Part shown: positions 27,117 to 31,257 of the stretch, one piece after another | How the letters are laid out: each line of letters starts with the position of its first letter | How positions within the stretch are numbered: position 1 is the first letter of the stretch | Assembly (NCBI GenBank): GCA_008080735.1 | Contig: SHMW01000044.1 | Coordinates: forward strand, 3,027-34,283 | Direction: 5' to 3' | Length of the DNA: 31,257 nt | Origin: Promethearchaeota archaeon | Lineage (GTDB): Archaea > Asgardarchaeota > Lokiarchaeia > Sigyniarchaeales > SOKP01 | The notes under the pieces: generated by a model | What the model saw: the letters and a program-made list of their open reading frames with translations, nothing else | Databases searched by the model: none | What the model was told of the DNA's origin: nothing | Made by a program: the position numbers and the translations under genes

Positions 27117-28115
27117 TTGGATTATTTCGTGAACGATAAAAATCATAGTGATCTTGAGAACATTTTAGAATGTCCGCATAATAATGTGAAACAAGAGGGA
27201 GGGTATCTTGTTTGTCAAGATTGCGGGCTGATTTTAGATGAGAATGTGGAATTTGAAAATAACACAAAACAATTCGATTATTTCGATCAATCTCAAAAAG
27301 ATTATGAACGCCGAATACGAATACGGGATTCACGCGCAAAACAAGATCCTAAAATAAAACAAAAATATGAGAAAATCAAAGAAATTGATAAATGGTTTAA
27401 GGATTATGAGACCAGCTTCATTGAACAGAAAAAAACGATCGACTTGCTTAAAGGTTACGGGATTGGCCTCAATATTGATCAAGTAAAGCAGCAGCGAATA
27501 AAAGACCGTTATATTCGGTATGTGAAAAAATTTAAAAAGTCTTATCAAAATATGGTCATTATCTTCCTCGCTATTTTATGGATGGAGATAAAAGATACTA
27601 CAAATGTTCGCTTAGAAGAATATATTGATGTATGCAATGAGCTGGGACATAAAATAAATAAAAAAATGCTCAATAATGCGATGCTCAAAATCTTAAAATC
27701 CGAAAACCGTTGGAAAAGAACCTCTATAAGTAAAGCTGAATTAGAAGAACAAATCAAGCGAAAAATTAAGATCCTATTTCAAAAAAATATCAATGATATC
27801 CCTTTCGGGGAGATAAAAGAATACTTTGAAGATAAGCAAGAATTTAATAAACTTAAAATTAATATGCTACTCAGGCTCGATAAATTATTGAAACTTATCC
27901 CCTATAGTCAAATAAAAAATCTTAATTATAAAGCCTTCACAGCTGGATTGCTCTATTATATTGGCCAATCTTTAGAAAAAAAATACCGAAGTGTTTTCAT
28001 CCAGAAGAAAGTGGAAGAGGTAACCAACTTTTCTTCCACCACCATTAGAAAGAAACATCATCTACTCTTGTCTCTATTGGGAGAACCAGATAAGATAGTC
28101 GAAAAAATAAATTGA
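27117..28115 (+). CDS. Divergent TFB/TFIIB-like protein
   Basis: Zn ribbon CPH...LVCQDCGLI; cyclin-like helical repeats; C-terminal IQKKVEEVTNFSSTTIRK resembles the TFB HTH. Confidence 0.7.
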   Translation: MDYFVNDKNHSDLENILECPHNNVKQEGGYLVCQDCGLILDENVEFENNTKQFDYFDQSQKDYERRIRIRDSRAKQDPKIKQKYEKIKEIDKWFKDYETSFIEQKKTIDLLKGYGIGLNIDQVKQQRIKDRYIRYVKKFKKSYQNMVIIFLAILWMEIKDTTNVRLEEYIDVCNELGHKINKKMLNNAMLKILKSENRWKRTSISKAELEEQIKRKIKILFQKNINDIPFGEIKEYFEDKQEFNKLKINMLLRLDKLLKLIPYSQIKNLNYKAFTAGLLYYIGQSLEKKYRSVFIQKKVEEVTNFSSTTIRKKHHLLLSLLGEPDKIVEKIN

Positions 28116-28265
28116 TTAGATAGGTTTAATAATCTTTTTTAAATTGGATCGATTCAGTTAGGAAATGTTTCCAAGCTATATTTTAAAATATGACAATTCT
28201 CAATATTTTTAAATCTGAATTTTGAACTTAATAATTATAGGATAATTTAATTAAGCCGAAAGAAG

Positions 28266-31121
28266 ATGGATCAAAATAGACTTGAGAATTATCATTATTA
28301 TGCTAAACCGATTGAGAAATTACTTCGTGAATTTGACACAGATCCTTATACTGGCTTAACTGAACAAAATATAATAGAGAAGCGTGAAAAATATGGATAT
28401 AATGAACTTCCTGATGTGAAACGTAACCTTTGGAGGATTTATTTAGCACCAATTTTCAATTTTCTAATTCTAATTCTTATTATTTCAGGGATTATAATTG
28501 TAATTCTCGGTTCCCCCGAGGAAACTATAATAACTTTCACAGTTATATTTATTAATTCAATAACGGCAATAATCCAGCAATATAGGGCGCAAAAAGCACT
28601 GGATTCCCTCAAGAAAATAACTGCATTGAATAGTATAGTAATCAGAAATGAAGAACAAAAAACAATTCCTTCAAGAGAAATAGTCCCAGGCGATATTATT
28701 TTGCTGAATCAAGGTTCAAAAATTCCCGCCGATGGAAGATTGTTAGATTCTGTGGATTTATCGGTTAGTGAAGCTCCCTTGAGCGGCGAAAGTGAACCAA
28801 TTGAAAAAAAGACAAGTCTTCTGGAAAATCAAGCTTTGGCAATACAACAACAAGATAATATGGTTTTTATGGGAACCTACGTCCTTACTGGGAGGGCGAA
28901 AGTTCTAGTCACAGAAATAGGCGAAAATACAGAAATAGGGAAAATCTCAGAATCGCTGAATGAGATGGGTTCCATAGAGAAAATTCCTTTAACTAAAAAA
29001 CTCAATAGGTTAGGGTACATATTAGGCATAATCGTATTAATAAATCTCTCTATTTTGATTTTCTATAAAATTTTATATTTAGCCATACCCATTTCTACAG
29101 CACTTACAGATTCAATTTTGCGGGCTATGAATATTATCCCCATAAATCTCCCACTTTTGGTTACTCTAGTTTTGATTACAGGTATATTAAATATGGCTCA
29201 AAGTGGGGTTATCATTAAAAATTTATCTGCTATTGAATCACTTGGAAGGGTCTCGGTTATATGTTCGGACAAAACTGGAACTATAACCAAAAATGAAATG
29301 ACTGTAGAGGAATTTTGGATAAATGACCATGATTTAAAGGTCACGGGGTCGGGTTATGATTCAGATGGCCATATAATCAAAAAAGACTCATTTATCAACC
29401 TAAAAAAAAATCCAACATATTCACACTTTATTGATTCAATGGTTCTTAATAATAATGCTAAATTAGTTTTTGAAGATGTAAAAATTAAGAAACAAAATAT
29501 TAAATCAAAGGCTGTCAGAAAGGCATTAGGTTCCCCTACAGAAGCTGCATTATTAGTTTTAGCGGAAAAATTGGGTGTTATTGTTTATGATGTTAAAAGC
29601 AAATACGAAATCTTAGTTGAATACCCTTTTAATTCAGAAATTAAGAGAATGACGACTGTTTGTAGAAATAAAGAAGAGGAATCTAAAATTTACGCATTCA
29701 GTAAAGGCGCTCCAGAAGTGATACTTAACCTTTCTGACTGCCTCGAAATTAATGGAGAGAAGAAAAAACTTGATGAAGAACTTAGGAAAAACATCTTACA
29801 TAAAGTTACCCTTAAAGGAGAAGATGGTTATAGAAATTTAGCTATTGCCTATCGAAGCCTTAATTCTTATGGAAATCCACATATACAAGAAAGAGATGAG
29901 ATTGAAAGCGATTTGGTTTTTTTAGGATTTGTCTCAATCATCGATCCTCCCAGGGAAGATGTGAAAAATGCGGTGGAAGAATGTAAATCTGCGAAGATTA
30001 AAGTAGCGATAATCACGGGAGATCATCCATCTACCGCGAAAACTGTAGCTTCTGAAGTAGGAATATTTAATAAAGATGAACTTGTAATTGAGGGAAATCA
30101 ATTGGAAAACCTTAATGATATAAAATTCGAAAAAGTTAGTGTATTTGCTCGAGTGCAGCCATCAGATAAAGAAATCATTGTAAAAGAATATCAAAAAGAT
30201 AAGAAAGTTGTAGCCATGACAGGAGACGGAGTTAACGATTCTCTTGCTTTAAAATTGGCAAACTGCGGAATAGCGATGGGAATAACTGGAACAGACGTCG
30301 CAAAAGACGTCTCTGATATGGTTATTTCAGATGATAATTTTTCATCCATTAAAAGTGGGGTAGAAATTGGACGGGGATTATTCTCACGCATCAGAACAAT
30401 AATATACTTTTTTATATGTCTTAATTTAATGGAAGGGCTCATCTTCTTCTCTTATGAATTCCTTCCATTTTTCGAATTATTCAGCTCTAATTGGCAACAT
30501 ATCTACATTTTCGGAATAGTTCATTCTTTACCCTCACTCGCACTAGTACTTGACAGGTTCCCTAAAGATATAATGAATGAACCTCCACGAAATAATGAAC
30601 AGATTTTAAATAAGAATATATGGAAGATGCTAATAATCCAAGCATTTCTTATGGGGTTAGGATTAGTTTTAATATTACAACTCACTTTAGCGGGTTCAGT
30701 ACCTTTAAATGAATTGAATCTTAATCCCTCTCTGAGTTATATTCCTGTAGGCTCGACCTCAAAACAAGTACTTTCCCAAAAAGCGCGGACGATGTTTATC
30801 ACTACCCTATACATCGCTGAACTTACATTTATATGGACGATAAGACGCCCCAATAAATCCATTTTCAAGAGTGTACAAGAAGAATTCTCCCTAATTCTAT
30901 TTGTTGTCGGATCCTTTACTTTAATGATCCATATCCTTGTAATTATGTTTTCTTATCCCTTGAATTATTTTCTTAATGATTATATGGGAATAAACTTGCA
31001 ACTCAACTTTATGTTTCTTTCTTTTGGCGATTGGGTTATATGTATTTTATTTGCTTTACCTGGTGTTATTGGAATTGAAGTTTATAAATATTATTTCCGG
31101 AGAGCGGGAAATTTTTTCTAA
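28266..31121 (+). CDS. P-type ATPase, type II-like scaffold with atypical transport site
   Basis: VPGDI, PADGR, SGES, CSDKTGT, KGAPE, DPPR, TGDH, TGDGVND. Confidence 0.93.
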   Translation: MDQNRLENYHYYAKPIEKLLREFDTDPYTGLTEQNIIEKREKYGYNELPDVKRNLWRIYLAPIFNFLILILIISGIIIVILGSPEETIITFTVIFINSITAIIQQYRAQKALDSLKKITALNSIVIRNEEQKTIPSREIVPGDIILLNQGSKIPADGRLLDSVDLSVSEAPLSGESEPIEKKTSLLENQALAIQQQDNMVFMGTYVLTGRAKVLVTEIGENTEIGKISESLNEMGSIEKIPLTKKLNRLGYILGIIVLINLSILIFYKILYLAIPISTALTDSILRAMNIIPINLPLLVTLVLITGILNMAQSGVIIKNLSAIESLGRVSVICSDKTGTITKNEMTVEEFWINDHDLKVTGSGYDSDGHIIKKDSFINLKKNPTYSHFIDSMVLNNNAKLVFEDVKIKKQNIKSKAVRKALGSPTEAALLVLAEKLGVIVYDVKSKYEILVEYPFNSEIKRMTTVCRNKEEESKIYAFSKGAPEVILNLSDCLEINGEKKKLDEELRKNILHKVTLKGEDGYRNLAIAYRSLNSYGNPHIQERDEIESDLVFLGFVSIIDPPREDVKNAVEECKSAKIKVAIITGDHPSTAKTVASEVGIFNKDELVIEGNQLENLNDIKFEKVSVFARVQPSDKEIIVKEYQKDKKVVAMTGDGVNDSLALKLANCGIAMGITGTDVAKDVSDMVISDDNFSSIKSGVEIGRGLFSRIRTIIYFFICLNLMEGLIFFSYEFLPFFELFSSNWQHIYIFGIVHSLPSLALVLDRFPKDIMNEPPRNNEQILNKNIWKMLIIQAFLMGLGLVLILQLTLAGSVPLNELNLNPSLSYIPVGSTSKQVLSQKARTMFITTLYIAELTFIWTIRRPNKSIFKSVQEEFSLILFVVGSFTLMIHILVIMFSYPLNYFLNDYMGINLQLNFMFLSFGDWVICILFALPGVIGIEVYKYYFRRAGNFF

Positions 31122-31257
31122 TCCTTTCACTTTCATTTAGGAAGAATATTCATAATTATTTACCATATAAACAATAATATCTTATTTATTAACTTCCTCA
31201 AATTATAATACAATCAAAAACAACTATCTAAAATTATATAAACATATTCTATTATAA

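Noticed and set aside
8266-30442. Numerous 60-120 aa antisense or nested ORFs in the ORF track
   Set aside because: They overlap well-supported genes, mostly entirely, and show no motifs.
1-31257. tRNA/rRNA genes and IS transposases
   Set aside because: No GC-rich stable-RNA segment, transposase motif or terminal inverted repeat pair was seen by eye.

Overview
AT-rich archaeal chromosomal window. An actin homologue, a TFB-like protein, an IPGF-anchored surface protein, MtrH and AOR together point to Asgard archaea, probably Lokiarchaeia-like (inference). Most of it is housekeeping or metabolic: PIG-L deacetylase, MtrH-like methyltransferase, LLM oxidoreductase, PRTase, split MgtE plus PhoU/TrkA-C, Phi, histidine kinase, Nfo, GlcD/CCG pair, AOR, nitroreductase and a P-type ATPase. 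The main discovery is a ~2.3 kb decayed integrative element (3633-6002) inserted in the 5' end of a divergent actin gene. It is bounded by a 77-78 bp direct repeat made of the first 9 actin codons plus the upstream promoter-like region. It carries a tyrosine-recombinase pseudogene and a PIN/UPF0175 toxin-antitoxin pair, which is itself bracketed by a second degenerate ~150 bp direct repeat. Nearby and co-oriented is a coiled-coil/GPPKAPSS-repeat protein with a WH2-like C-terminus, a candidate actin regulator. A P2-like ATPase has lost its site-II cation ligands and carries a flippase-like PINL motif in M4. All protein assignments come from motif reading by eye, with no database search.
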